A stretch of 64,000 bases of DNA, taken from Clostridiales bacterium GWD2_32_19 (lineage in GTDB: Bacteria > Bacillota > Clostridia > Lachnospirales > UBA12420). The notes beneath the pieces were generated by a model. That model was not told the origin of the DNA, ran no database searches, and worked only from the letters and a program-made list of their open reading frames with translations. This document shows positions 1 to 9,572 of this stretch, piece by piece (positions within the stretch are counted from its first letter, which is position 1; every line of letters starts with the position of its first letter). Both the position numbers and the translations under genes were made by a program. The stretch covers positions 78,149-142,148 of the forward strand of contig MGOU01000021.1 in the NCBI GenBank assembly GCA_001795385.1, written 5' to 3'.

Positions 1-1
1 A

Positions 2-211
2 TATAAAGAAAAAATAGATGGCATTATATTTCTCACCACATTTCCCTGTGGCCCAGACTCATTGGTCAACGATTTATGCATAAGAAAAATTAAAAACATA
101 CCACTATCGTATATATTAATTGACGAATTGCAGGGTGAAGCAGGAATACATACAAGACTAGAAAGTTTTGTAGATATAATAACTGCGAGGAGGCTACGCC
201 TATGTCTGTAG
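2..211 (+). CDS. C-terminal part of an acyl-CoA dehydratase activase-associated (DUF2229-type) protein, truncated by the window edge
   Basis: My translation of frame 2 (not in the ORF track): YKEKIDGIIFLTTFPCGPDSLVND...IDELQGEAGIHTRLESFVDII, stop TAG at 209-211. It has the same F-x-CG and TRLE-x-F motifs as the next gene. Confidence 0.75.
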   Translation, partial: YKEKIDGIIFLTTFPCGPDSLVNDLCIRKIKNIPLSYILIDELQGEAGIHTRLESFVDIITARRLRLCL

Positions 212-1293
212 AATATAAAATATCGTTTCCACACATGGGGAATTATTATATACCAATTGCAACTTTTGTTAAAAATACTTTAAATGCAAAAATATGTTTA
301 CCACCAAAAATTACTAAAAAAACATTAGAATTGGGTACAAAACATAGTCCCGACTTTGTGTGTGTGCCATTTAAATATAATTTAGGTAACTATATTGAAG
401 CGTTAGAAAATGGAGCAAATGTTTTGATACAAGCCGGTGGTGGATGTAGATTTGGTTACTACTCAGAAGTTCAAGAAGAAATATTAAGAAATTTAGGATA
501 TAACTTTAAGTTTTTCAATATAACTAGTAGAACTTTCAAACCATTACTTTATTATAAAATGTTTAAAGAAATTAATCCTATGCTCACTATTAAAAACTTT
601 TTATATTCTTTTTATTTAATATATAAACAAATAGCTGTTTTGGATAAATTTGAAGATTATATAAGAGAGAATATAGGTTTTCAGATAAATGATGGGGATT
701 TTAAACGATTAGAGAAAAAGTTTCATGATGAATTAATTACAATAGAAAAAATAAAAGATTTAAAAAGCATTTCTATAAAATATACGAAATTATTAAAAGA
801 AGTACCTATAAATAAACCAAATGATTGTTTGAGAGTAGGGATAGTTGGAGAAATATATGTATTAATGGAACCATTTAGTAGCTGCTTTTTAGAAGAAGAA
901 TTAGCTAAAAAAGGTATAGAAGTAAAGCGATATATAAATATTTCTTATTTGCTTTTTTCAAAAGAACATAAAAAGACTAATACATTAAAACTAGCTAAAC
1001 CATATTTACAATATAACATAGGTGCAGATGGAGTTGATAGTGTAGCACACTCAAAAGTGCTAGCAAAAAAAGGGTTTGACGGGATTATACATATTAAGCC
1101 TTTCGGATGTACACCTGAAATTAATTGTATGCCAATCCTAGAAAAAATATCGGAAGATTATAAAATACCTATATTATACTTTAGCTTTGATTCGCAGACA
1201 TCAGAAACAGGTGTAAAAACTAGATTAGAAGCGTTTCATGATATGTTACTAATGAGGAAGGAGAAAAATAAAAAATGGAAAGAGCTTACTTAG
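202..1293 (+). CDS. 2-hydroxyacyl-CoA dehydratase / CoA-activase partner protein
   Basis: Motifs CVPFKYNLG, GGGCRFGYY, KPFGCTPE and GVKTRLEAF; overlaps the activase gene downstream. Confidence 0.75.
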   Translation: MSVEYKISFPHMGNYYIPIATFVKNTLNAKICLPPKITKKTLELGTKHSPDFVCVPFKYNLGNYIEALENGANVLIQAGGGCRFGYYSEVQEEILRNLGYNFKFFNITSRTFKPLLYYKMFKEINPMLTIKNFLYSFYLIYKQIAVLDKFEDYIRENIGFQINDGDFKRLEKKFHDELITIEKIKDLKSISIKYTKLLKEVPINKPNDCLRVGIVGEIYVLMEPFSSCFLEEELAKKGIEVKRYINISYLLFSKEHKKTNTLKLAKPYLQYNIGADGVDSVAHSKVLAKKGFDGIIHIKPFGCTPEINCMPILEKISEDYKIPILYFSFDSQTSETGVKTRLEAFHDMLLMRKEKNKKWKELT

Positions 1294-2216
1294 GAATAGA
1301 TGTGGGATCTATATCTACTAAAGGTGTTGTTATTAATGATTCTAATAATATATTAGCTGAGAAATATTTATGGACCGAGGGTAATCCGATACAAGCTGTG
1401 AAGAATTTATTAAATGAATTAAAAACTCAGCTAAATGACAATATTAAAGTAAAGGCAGTTGGAACAACGGGATCTGCAAGGAAACTTGTAGGTACGATTC
1501 TTAATGCACAAGCTATAAAAAATGAAATAACAGCACATGCCATAGGAACTACATCTCTTTACCCTTATGTTAAAACTATTTTAGAAATAGGGGGGCAAGA
1601 CTCTAAAATAATTATAATGGATGATGGAATAGTTGTTGATTACGCAATGAATACATTGTGTGCTGCAGGAACTGGGTCTTTTCTCTCGTCGCAAGCTAAA
1701 AGACTAGGAATTGAGGTAGATGAGTTTGGTACATACGCGTTAAAATCTTCGAGTCCAACTAAAATTGCAGCGAGATGTACAGTTTTTGCTGAATCTGATC
1801 TAGTCCATAAGGCACAAATAGGGCATAAAAAAGAAGATATAGTAGCTGGACTTTGTAAGGCAGTAGTTAATAACTATTTAAATAATGTAGGTAAAGGTAA
1901 AAAAATACGAGTACCTATAGTGTTTCAAGGCGGAGTAAGTAAAAATATAGGTGTAACAAAAGCCTTCGAAGAATCTATCGGTGAAAAGGTTATAGTAGAT
2001 GAACATGGACATTTAATGGGGTGCTTAGGAATTGCTATACTTGCAAGAGATTCAAAGTGCGAGCAGGACTTTGATTTTAATATCAAAGATATGAAATTCG
2101 AGACCAAAGGATATGAATGTGAAAAATGTTCTAATAACTGCGAAATTATAAAAGTATACAGGAATGAAGAATTGATAGATTATTGGGGAAATAAATGTGA
2201 TAATGGCGCGCAATAA
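1275..2216 (+). CDS. Acyl-CoA dehydratase activase (BadF/BadG/BcrA/BcrD ASKHA ATPase, 4Fe-4S)
   Basis: LGIDVGSISTK, EIGGQDSK, MNTLCAAGTGSFL and RCTVFAESD motifs. Confidence 0.9.
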   Translation: MERAYLGIDVGSISTKGVVINDSNNILAEKYLWTEGNPIQAVKNLLNELKTQLNDNIKVKAVGTTGSARKLVGTILNAQAIKNEITAHAIGTTSLYPYVKTILEIGGQDSKIIIMDDGIVVDYAMNTLCAAGTGSFLSSQAKRLGIEVDEFGTYALKSSSPTKIAARCTVFAESDLVHKAQIGHKKEDIVAGLCKAVVNNYLNNVGKGKKIRVPIVFQGGVSKNIGVTKAFEESIGEKVIVDEHGHLMGCLGIAILARDSKCEQDFDFNIKDMKFETKGYECEKCSNNCEIIKVYRNEELIDYWGNKCDNGAQ

Positions 2217-2250
2217 TAATATAAAATTGTGTAATAAATGTTAATTTAAC

Positions 2251-2288
2251 AAAAAAACTCTAATATTAGCAAATTAAGAGTTTTTTTT
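2251..2288 (+). terminator. Intrinsic terminator after the activase operon
   Basis: Imperfect inverted repeat AAAAAAACTC...GAGTTTTTTTT followed by a T-run. Confidence 0.75.
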
Positions 2289-2297
2289 ATTAAATTA

Positions 2298-2326
2298 TTG
2301 AAAATATAATTTTTATTTGTTATAAT
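2298..2326 (+). promoter_or_regulatory. SigA-type promoter for the flavodoxin-like gene
   Basis: TTGAAA-N17-TATAAT with TGn extended -10. Confidence 0.65.
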
Positions 2327-2391
2327 AAGTTATAACTTGATAAATGGGACAAAACGGAAAAAAGTTTAGATAATAATGGGGGGTTTATATA

Positions 2392-2868
2392 ATGAAAATT
2401 GCTATAATTTATGCAAGCAAACATGGCTCAGTAAAGAGATGCGTGACTTTATTAAAAGAAAGGATGTTGGGTGAAGTCGTTTTGATGAATATACATGAGC
2501 ATCCAAATCCAGATATAAGTGAATATGATTATATAATAATTGGTGGATCAATTTATCATAATAAAATCCAAAATGAAATACAAAATTTTTGTAATAATAA
2601 CTTAGAAATTTTAACTACAAAAAATATAGGATTGTTTATTTCGTCAGCACTTATGGATGTTGATGAATTTAAAAACAACTTTTCAATCCAGCTTTTAAAT
2701 ATGTGCAAAGCGAAAGAAAATTTAGGTTATGAATTGTATATTCATGATTTTAGTGTTTTAGAAAAAATTATGCTTAACTTTGTACCAGAAGAGTATTTAC
2801 ATAATTATGGTATTAAAATAAGCAAAATTGAAAAACTTATTAATGATATGGGTATTAATAATATTTAA
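2392..2868 (+). CDS. Flavodoxin-domain protein (HemG-like family)
   Basis: N-terminal IIYASKHGSV FMN-binding loop and IIIGGSIY motif. Confidence 0.75.
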   Translation: MKIAIIYASKHGSVKRCVTLLKERMLGEVVLMNIHEHPNPDISEYDYIIIGGSIYHNKIQNEIQNFCNNNLEILTTKNIGLFISSALMDVDEFKNNFSIQLLNMCKAKENLGYELYIHDFSVLEKIMLNFVPEEYLHNYGIKISKIEKLINDMGINNI

Positions 2869-2913
2869 GTTATAATAAAGACACAATATAATATTTAGTA
2901 TATATAAGTAAAG

Positions 2914-2940
2914 AAAAAAGCTATAGATATAGCTTTTTTT
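2914..2940 (+). terminator. Intrinsic terminator
   Basis: AAAAAAGCTAT-agat-ATAGCTTTTTTT. Confidence 0.75.
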
Positions 2941-2972
2941 GTCGATAAACTATATATAATTAGAAAAAAAGC

Positions 2973-3001
2973 TTGACAAATGTATGTAAAAACTATATAA
3001 T
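2973..3001 (+). promoter_or_regulatory. Consensus SigA promoter for the NlpC/P60 hydrolase
   Basis: Perfect TTGACA-N17-TATAAT. Confidence 0.8.
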
Positions 3002-3078
3002 AAATCCGTAACAATTAGTTAATATATACAATTTTTTTAAAAAATTGTAGTCACATAATCCTTTTTGGAGGGGTAAAA

Positions 3079-4452
3079 ATGGATACATATAAAATAAGTT
3101 TACTAAATAAAGTTTTTACTATATCGACTTTTGTGGTGTTCTCTATGTTTTCGAGCTATTCAAGTCTAGCCCAAGGTGTGACTGGTGTATGTACAAGCTC
3201 TGTTGTAAATTATAGAACTGGACCAGATACTGTTTATGATAAAGTTGGACAACTTCAGAAAAATGAAAAGATAAGTATTATTGAAGTTAAAAATAATTGG
3301 TATAAATTTAAACGACAAGATAGTTTCATGTACATATTTAAAGATTTTATTACAACAGCCAATAATGCATATGTTACAGGAAATAACATAAATGTTAGAG
3401 CAGAAGCGAATATGGATTGTGAAGTTATAGGAGAACTGAATAATGGAAATGAAATAAATATTTTATCACAATATAAAGACTGGTATAAAATTAATTTTGA
3501 AGGACAAGCCGCATGGGTATTTGGTGATTATATAGAAGTAATAAATAAAAATTTTAGTTCAAATGATCAAACATCTTATGATAATCAAACAGTCACAGAA
3601 TCTAACGGAACGATAAGTGCTGATAATGTGAATTTAAGGAAAGAATCAAATACTTCAAGTTCTGTTATAACAAAACTTGCTAAGAATACTAAAATATCAA
3701 TTATTTCTAAAAGCGGTGATTGGTATTACATAAAGTCAAATAATTACACTGGATGGGTAATATCTACATATGTTGCTGCATCATCAACTATTAGTAATAG
3801 TACAAATGACGCTGTAGTAACAACTGCAAAGCTAGATTATGTTTATGTTATATCTGAGCAAGGTGTTAATTTACGTGAATATCCAACGATTGTTTCTAAT
3901 AAAAAACTTTCACTCGCGTTTGGTGCAAAACTAAAGGTTGTTAAAGAAGTAAATACAGGATGGGTACAAGTACAAACAAATGATGGAGAAGAAGGATATG
4001 TATCTCAAGAGTTTGTTAACGAACAATTAAAAGATAATATAGTAATTAATAATGAAAGTGCGCAAAGCGTAAATTCAAATGCTATATCTATGATAGAATA
4101 TGCCAAAAAGTTTTTAGGGACTAAATATGTGTGGGGTGGAAACAGCTTAACAGAAGGTATTGACTGTTCAGGATTTACTAAAAGCGTTATGTCAGAATCT
4201 AATATAAATATACCACGTACAGCTAAAGAACAGGCTAGTTCAGGTAGTTTTGTAAAACGTGATGCACTAAAATCAGGAGACTTAGTATTTTTTGACACCT
4301 TGAAGAAAGGTTATATAACACATGTTGGAATATATATAGGAAACAATAAATTTATTCATGCATCATCTTCTAATAAACATAGTGGTGTAGTAATAACAGC
4401 ACTTTCTGATTATGACAATGTATACAGAACTGCAAGAAGAGTTTTTAATTAA
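3079..4452 (+). CDS. Secreted peptidoglycan endopeptidase with 4 SH3b domains and a C-terminal NlpC/P60 domain
   Basis: Signal peptide, four N-x-R...W repeats, and intact catalytic motifs YVWGG, DCSG, THVGIY and FIHASS. Confidence 0.9.
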   Translation: MDTYKISLLNKVFTISTFVVFSMFSSYSSLAQGVTGVCTSSVVNYRTGPDTVYDKVGQLQKNEKISIIEVKNNWYKFKRQDSFMYIFKDFITTANNAYVTGNNINVRAEANMDCEVIGELNNGNEINILSQYKDWYKINFEGQAAWVFGDYIEVINKNFSSNDQTSYDNQTVTESNGTISADNVNLRKESNTSSSVITKLAKNTKISIISKSGDWYYIKSNNYTGWVISTYVAASSTISNSTNDAVVTTAKLDYVYVISEQGVNLREYPTIVSNKKLSLAFGAKLKVVKEVNTGWVQVQTNDGEEGYVSQEFVNEQLKDNIVINNESAQSVNSNAISMIEYAKKFLGTKYVWGGNSLTEGIDCSGFTKSVMSESNINIPRTAKEQASSGSFVKRDALKSGDLVFFDTLKKGYITHVGIYIGNNKFIHASSSNKHSGVVITALSDYDNVYRTARRVFN

Positions 4453-4481
4453 TGGTATATCCACAGATTGCAAAGTTATAA

Positions 4482-4520
4482 ATACATAAAGGACAGCATG
4501 GTGCTGTCCTTTATATGTAT
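4482..4520 (+). terminator. Hairpin or terminator after the NlpC/P60 gene
   Basis: ATAAAGGACAGCA-tgg-TGCTGTCCTTTAT. It lies inside the ORF-track N-terminal extension of hemW, which supports a later start for hemW. Confidence 0.65.
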
Positions 4521-4545
4521 TAAGTTAGAGGAGTTGATGTTGTTT

Positions 4546-5682
4546 ATGAAAGAATTAAGTCTTTACATACATATTCCGTTTTGTGAAAGTAAATGTTTCT
4601 ATTGTGATTTTTTATCTTTTGATAATAAAAGTGATAGTATAGAAGGTTACATAAATTCCTTATGTGCACATATTATAAGTTCCAGAAAAGTATTAGATAG
4701 CGTACAAGTTAATACTATATTTATAGGGGGTGGAACACCTTCTATATTAAGTGCTGAACAACTCAAAAAACTTTTGTATTGTTTGCATGAGAATATAAAT
4801 ATGAATTATGTTAAAGAGTTTACGATAGAAAGTAATCCAAATAGTCTTACTCTTGATAAAATAAAAGTAATGAGAGATTATAAAATAGATAGGGTTAGTA
4901 TAGGACTTCAAGCATGGCAAGATGAGTTGTTAAGAAAACTAGGTAGAGTTCATACCCAAAAGGATTTTTTATTTGCATATAACAACCTCAAAAACGAAGG
5001 ATTTGATAACATAAATACTGATTTAATGTTCTCTCTCCCAGACCAAACATTAGAAATGGTAGAAGAAACATTATACAATGTATCAACACTTGATATAAAG
5101 CATATATCTTTTTATGGATTAACATTAGAGAAAGATACTCGATTTATGGAGTTATGCGATAGAGGTATTCTGAATTTGCCTGGTGAACAACTAGATCGAG
5201 ATATGTATCATCTAGTTTGTGATTACCTTACTAATAAAGGTTACAATCAATATGAAATATCTAATTATGCTAAGAATGGCTATGAATGCAAACATAATCT
5301 TATTTACTGGGATGCTAAAGAGTATTTAGGTTTAGGATTAGGATCTCATTCATACTATAATGAAGAAAGATACCATAATACTAAAAATATAGATATTTAT
5401 AATAAAGAAGTTTTCAACAATAATATTGTTAAATATAATATAGAAAAAATTGACGCTAAAGCTAAATATGAAGAGTTTATGTTTCTAGGACTTAGAAAAA
5501 CTAAAGGAATAAGCATTTCAAACTTCAAGGAAGTTTTCGGAGTAGATATAAAAGATATTTACCAAAATCCGATTAATGAGCTCATAGATAAAGGATTAAT
5601 TGCATATCAAGGTGAGTATATTCATCTGACCAAATTTGGAACAGATGTGTCGAATAAAGTTTTATTGGAATTTTTATTATAA
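4546..5682 (+). CDS. hemW: Radical SAM heme chaperone HemW (HemN-like)
   Basis: LYIHIPFCESKCFYCDF, GGGTPS, QYEISNYA and YLGLGLGSHS. Start moved to the ATG downstream of the GAGGAG RBS. Confidence 0.88.
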   Translation: MKELSLYIHIPFCESKCFYCDFLSFDNKSDSIEGYINSLCAHIISSRKVLDSVQVNTIFIGGGTPSILSAEQLKKLLYCLHENINMNYVKEFTIESNPNSLTLDKIKVMRDYKIDRVSIGLQAWQDELLRKLGRVHTQKDFLFAYNNLKNEGFDNINTDLMFSLPDQTLEMVEETLYNVSTLDIKHISFYGLTLEKDTRFMELCDRGILNLPGEQLDRDMYHLVCDYLTNKGYNQYEISNYAKNGYECKHNLIYWDAKEYLGLGLGSHSYYNEERYHNTKNIDIYNKEVFNNNIVKYNIEKIDAKAKYEEFMFLGLRKTKGISISNFKEVFGVDIKDIYQNPINELIDKGLIAYQGEYIHLTKFGTDVSNKVLLEFLL

Positions 5683-5686
5683 ACTA

Positions 5687-5715
5687 TTGACATTTGTTGG
5701 TAATTATTGTAAAAT
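5687..5715 (+). promoter_or_regulatory. SigA promoter for the GGDEF gene
   Basis: TTGACA-N17-TAAAAT. Confidence 0.7.
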
Positions 5716-5772
5716 TAAATAATATTCTGTTGTAGATTATACCATAAAAAACATTATTAAGGTGGTGATATC

Positions 5773-7332
5773 ATGAATAATAGAAGTCCAGTTGAATTTA
5801 ATGATGAGTTTTTTAAAAGCTTAGCACACAGCGATAACGAATTAGATAAAAAACTTTTAGTGGAATTCAATATGAGTATGAAACCATTCTTCTATGATAA
5901 AAATACTGGGTTACTTAGTAGAAATACTTGGCCATATTGTTTGGATAAGATAAAAAACTCCAACGATGAAGTAATAATTGTTTATAGAGATATGAATAAT
6001 GTAAAGGCAATTAATGAACAGTATGGCCTAGAAGTTGGCGATAGATATATAAAATTCAATGTTGAAATGATTGAACTCATCTTAAAGAAAGGTGATTCTG
6101 CATATAGATTTGGTGGCGATGAAGTAGTATCTGTTCACAAAGATAATTTGAAAAATGTTGAAAATGGATTAAGAGTGTTAGATACTCTTAAAGAGATGCT
6201 AAATGATGGTCTTAGTGCTGATGAGATAGTTGAAACTATAGAAGAAGACTATAAAATTCAACTAGATGTTATTAAGGTATCTAATTTAGTTGCTAGATTA
6301 AAGGAAGAGAGTTGGAAACTCAGTCCTGTCGCAGTAGGATACGGAGAATATAAAAGGAACCAAGATATTAAAGATTTTTTTGATGAGATAGAGGAAAGGA
6401 TGTATGAAAACAAAAAGGAAACTAAAAAATACATAGAGACTGATGATAATACGAAAATAAAAGTAATTAGTGACAAGTACGGTAATATTATATTGCTTAA
6501 ACAAGATGAAAATAATGCAATTTTATCTGCGGAAAGACATATGCACAAGGATGTAGAGCATTTAGTAAAAACTGAAAGTAAAACTAATCACTCAAACAGT
6601 GAAGAAGACCAAACAAAGAAAAATGCAGCTATAGAAGCAATTATGAATAATGATATTAATTATTTTAAAACTAAAAGTAACGATTATTTAGCAACTATTT
6701 CAATAATGATTAGAGACTTAGTAACTCGTGACCCCATAACGGGATTTTATAAAAAAGAATTTGTTGACTCTTTTTTATCTATTGGTAAGTATGTTTCTCT
6801 AATAGATATGACGGAGTTAAAAAAGATTAATGATACTGATGGTCATGATGCAGGGGATAGATATTTGAAAGAAACGGCTAATTTATTGAATGGTACTTTA
6901 AAACCTGAAGATAAAGATATTGTTTTTATTAGAATGGGCGGTTTTATTCTTACAATTCATGACAATCTTGATATACTTAAAACTCTAGAAGATAATAAAG
7001 ATCTTGTATGTTCTGAATCTGTACAATTAAAAGAGGATGAAATAAAATTAGAAAAATTAATAGAGGGATTAATATATGATGTTAATGAACAAAAGAAAAG
7101 TAATCAAACGGGTATATCTTTAATCAAATCTAAGGATGGCATAGTGTTAGAAGTTTGGATACCTAATGAAAGAAAAACTGTAATATGTGATCAACATGTA
7201 GTAGACCCACACTCAGAATTTGTTTTTGATATAGATGAACATGAAGGTTCAAAAAAAAAAGAAGAAATATTACCACAAAACAATTTCGAAATAAGTGATA
7301 TTGATGTTGAAAGCCATTTAAATTTAGAATAA
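5773..7332 (+). CDS. Cytoplasmic protein with two GGDEF-like domains, the second degenerate
   Basis: Domain 1: DKNTGLLSR, DMNNVKAINEQYG-x3-GD, YRFGGDEV. Domain 2: RDPITGFY, DMTELKKINDTDGHDAGD, FIRMGGF. Confidence 0.8.
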   Translation: MNNRSPVEFNDEFFKSLAHSDNELDKKLLVEFNMSMKPFFYDKNTGLLSRNTWPYCLDKIKNSNDEVIIVYRDMNNVKAINEQYGLEVGDRYIKFNVEMIELILKKGDSAYRFGGDEVVSVHKDNLKNVENGLRVLDTLKEMLNDGLSADEIVETIEEDYKIQLDVIKVSNLVARLKEESWKLSPVAVGYGEYKRNQDIKDFFDEIEERMYENKKETKKYIETDDNTKIKVISDKYGNIILLKQDENNAILSAERHMHKDVEHLVKTESKTNHSNSEEDQTKKNAAIEAIMNNDINYFKTKSNDYLATISIMIRDLVTRDPITGFYKKEFVDSFLSIGKYVSLIDMTELKKINDTDGHDAGDRYLKETANLLNGTLKPEDKDIVFIRMGGFILTIHDNLDILKTLEDNKDLVCSESVQLKEDEIKLEKLIEGLIYDVNEQKKSNQTGISLIKSKDGIVLEVWIPNERKTVICDQHVVDPHSEFVFDIDEHEGSKKKEEILPQNNFEISDIDVESHLNLE

Positions 7333-7365
7333 TATTACATAGATTAGTAAAAAATGTATTGTATA

Positions 7366-7404
7366 AAATAATCAGCATACACATTGAATGTATGCTGATT
7401 ATTT
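7366..7404. terminator. Bidirectional terminator between the convergent GGDEF and ndk genes
   Basis: AAATAATCAGCATACA-loop-TGTATGCTGATTATTT. Confidence 0.8.
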
Positions 7405-7506
7405 GTTTTGTAGAAATAATATTAAGTATAAAAGCATATGAATACTAACTTTTACATTAAACTATTCGTTAAACTTGTCTTTAGCGAATAGTAGCGTATG
7501 CATTAT

Positions 7507-7923
7507 CTATGCGTTTTCTCCGAAAAATCTTTTAATCTCTACTTCTGCTGTTCCTTCTGGATCAGCTGGATCTGTACAATGTAGTAAATTTTCCATAACA
7601 GATGACGCGAAGTCTCCCCTAAGTGAACCTGGTTGTGCATCAAACCATTTAGTAGGTCCTGTAAGCATTTTAACTTTTTTTATAGCATCTTCACCTTCTA
7701 TTATCATAGGGATAACAGGTCCTGAAGTCATAAATCCTACTATTTCAGGAAAAAAAGGCTTACTTGCATGATGAGCATAATGTTCTATTAAAATCTTTTC
7801 CTCTAGTTGCATCATCTTAATATTTGTAACTTTTAGTCCCTTGTTTTCTATTCTACTTATTATTTCACCTGTTAGATTTCTTTTTACTGCATCTGGTTTA
7901 AGCATTACATATGTTCTTTCCAT
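7507..7923 (-). CDS. ndk: Nucleoside diphosphate kinase
   Basis: MERTYVMLKPDAV, FMTSGP, PGSLRGDF and the catalytic His in NLLHCTD. Confidence 0.95.
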   Translation of the reverse strand: MERTYVMLKPDAVKRNLTGEIISRIENKGLKVTNIKMMQLEEKILIEHYAHHASKPFFPEIVGFMTSGPVIPMIIEGEDAIKKVKMLTGPTKWFDAQPGSLRGDFASSVMENLLHCTDPADPEGTAEVEIKRFFGENA

Positions 7924-7982
7924 ATTTTATGTCCTCCTATAGTTTGTATTTGTCATTTTTATGACAGAGTTATTGTTATTAG

Positions 7983-8011
7983 ATTCTATCATATATAATA
8001 ACAAAATGCAA
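7983..8011 (-). promoter_or_regulatory. SigA promoter for ndk
   Basis: Minus strand TTGCAT-N17-TAGAAT with TGn extension. Confidence 0.55.
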
Positions 8012-8074
8012 GGAATTTATACACTGCATTTGAGTTTTATACCAGATTAACTATAATTTGTCTGAAAATATTTA

Positions 8075-8635
8075 TTATATTATTTTGGACATGTCATTAA
8101 AATTAATACTTCTTTGATTTTGTTTTGATACAATTATATTTCCAGCCTTTTGTAGTGGCCACTCTATTTTTAATTCTCTATCATTCCATGCAATAGCAAA
8201 TTTATCATCTTCCATATTATATACATTAGAATTTATATTTATGATGTTTGTATCTTCTAATGAAAGAAAACCATATGCAAAGTTATTGGGTATGTAAAAC
8301 TGTTTTTTATTTTGATATGAAAGAACAATGCTATAATTTTTACCATATGTAGGGGAATTTTTTCTTAAATCAACCGCGACGAAGTATACTTCTCCTTGTA
8401 ATACTTTTATTAGCTTAAATACAGATGTACTTTTATAAAAATAGACTCCTCTTAAGCAACCTTTTCTTGTGCTTATATCTACACTGCTTACAAATTCGGT
8501 AGGAATTTCATACTCGTAAAAAAGTTTTTTACTATAATATTCTGTAATTAAATCACTTTCATTTTGTTTAACTTGTTTGCTTTCGATTACAAATAGTCCT
8601 TTTATATAAGATTCTGTAATAGTAATATTAGACAT
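8075..8635 (-). CDS. dTDP-4-dehydrorhamnose 3,5-epimerase (RmlC)-like cupin, probably catalytically degenerate
   Basis: LRG, GEVYFVAVDLRKNSPTYG, FAYGF and IAWND match the RmlC family, but both conserved His are Tyr. Start set by the GGAGGT RBS. Confidence 0.8.
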   Translation of the reverse strand: MSNITITESYIKGLFVIESKQVKQNESDLITEYYSKKLFYEYEIPTEFVSSVDISTRKGCLRGVYFYKSTSVFKLIKVLQGEVYFVAVDLRKNSPTYGKNYSIVLSYQNKKQFYIPNNFAYGFLSLEDTNIININSNVYNMEDDKFAIAWNDRELKIEWPLQKAGNIIVSKQNQRSINFNDMSKII

Positions 8636-8768
8636 AATATACCTCCTAAAATATTTAATAATAAATAAACAATCTATGTACACTCTATTATAAGTATATT
8701 AAACAAATATATAAATATGAAAAAAGCAGATAAGTTATATCTGCTATATTACATGTTTTATGTATTGT

Positions 8769-9461
8769 TTATATTCCTCTTACACTTACTTCTTTTACAT
8801 AGTTTTTTAATATATCACTGAACTTTAAAAGTTCTTGTTTCTCATATGAACTAAATCCATATTTTATTTGCTTATCTGACTTCACGAATTGTTGTAAAAA
8901 ATATCTTTTCGCGCCTGATATCCATTCACCTATTTTGTGAAAATCCTCTTCATTATGCAGTTCACGAACAACAGTAGTTCTAAATTCATAATCAATATTT
9001 GAGTTAATTAATAATTTTATTGAGTTATCTATTTTACTTATGTCGTTCATTTTTACACCTGTCGATAACGAATACTTATCTTCTGAATTTTTTATATCCA
9101 TGGCTATATAGTCAAGATAATTTTTGTTTAGAAGTTCTTTTATCATATCAGGATTAGTTCCATTTGTATCAAGTTTAATTGGCAAACCATATTTTTTGAT
9201 TTTTTCAATAAATATAGGTAAATCATCATACATTGTAGGTTCGCCGCCTGTAATACAAATACCATCTAATATATTTTTTCGTTTTTCGATATGTTCAAAA
9301 ACTTCATATTCAGTGTAGGTCTTTAGTTTATTTGACGCTATAACTAAATCCCCATTATGGCAGAAAGGACATTTAAAATTGCAACCACCTACAAAAATGG
9401 TAGTTGCAATTTTATCAGGATAATCGAGTAAAGAAGTTTTGAGTAAACCTTTTATAATCAT
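8769..9461 (-). CDS. nrdG: Anaerobic ribonucleoside-triphosphate reductase activating radical SAM protein
   Basis: GCNFKCPFCHN, ITGGEPT, KLDTNG and EFRTT; directly downstream of nrdD. Confidence 0.9.
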   Translation of the reverse strand: MIIKGLLKTSLLDYPDKIATTIFVGGCNFKCPFCHNGDLVIASNKLKTYTEYEVFEHIEKRKNILDGICITGGEPTMYDDLPIFIEKIKKYGLPIKLDTNGTNPDMIKELLNKNYLDYIAMDIKNSEDKYSLSTGVKMNDISKIDNSIKLLINSNIDYEFRTTVVRELHNEEDFHKIGEWISGAKRYFLQQFVKSDKQIKYGFSSYEKQELLKFSDILKNYVKEVSVRGI

Positions 9462-9572
9462 AATATCACCGACTTTCATACTCACCCTGCCCCTCTCTCC
9501 TAGAGAGGGGGATACTAATTTGAAGTGGATAAGTTTTAATAGCTATTTTTCATATTAAAATTAATTAATTAA

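Noticed and set aside
5773-6200. Hypr-type (cGAMP-making) GGDEF
   Set aside because: The specificity Asp of the GD motif is retained, not replaced by Ser.
7332-7507. Switch of gene orientation as a replication terminus
   Set aside because: Only a handful of genes lie on the + side and no convincing dif site is present; genome-wide GC skew would be needed.
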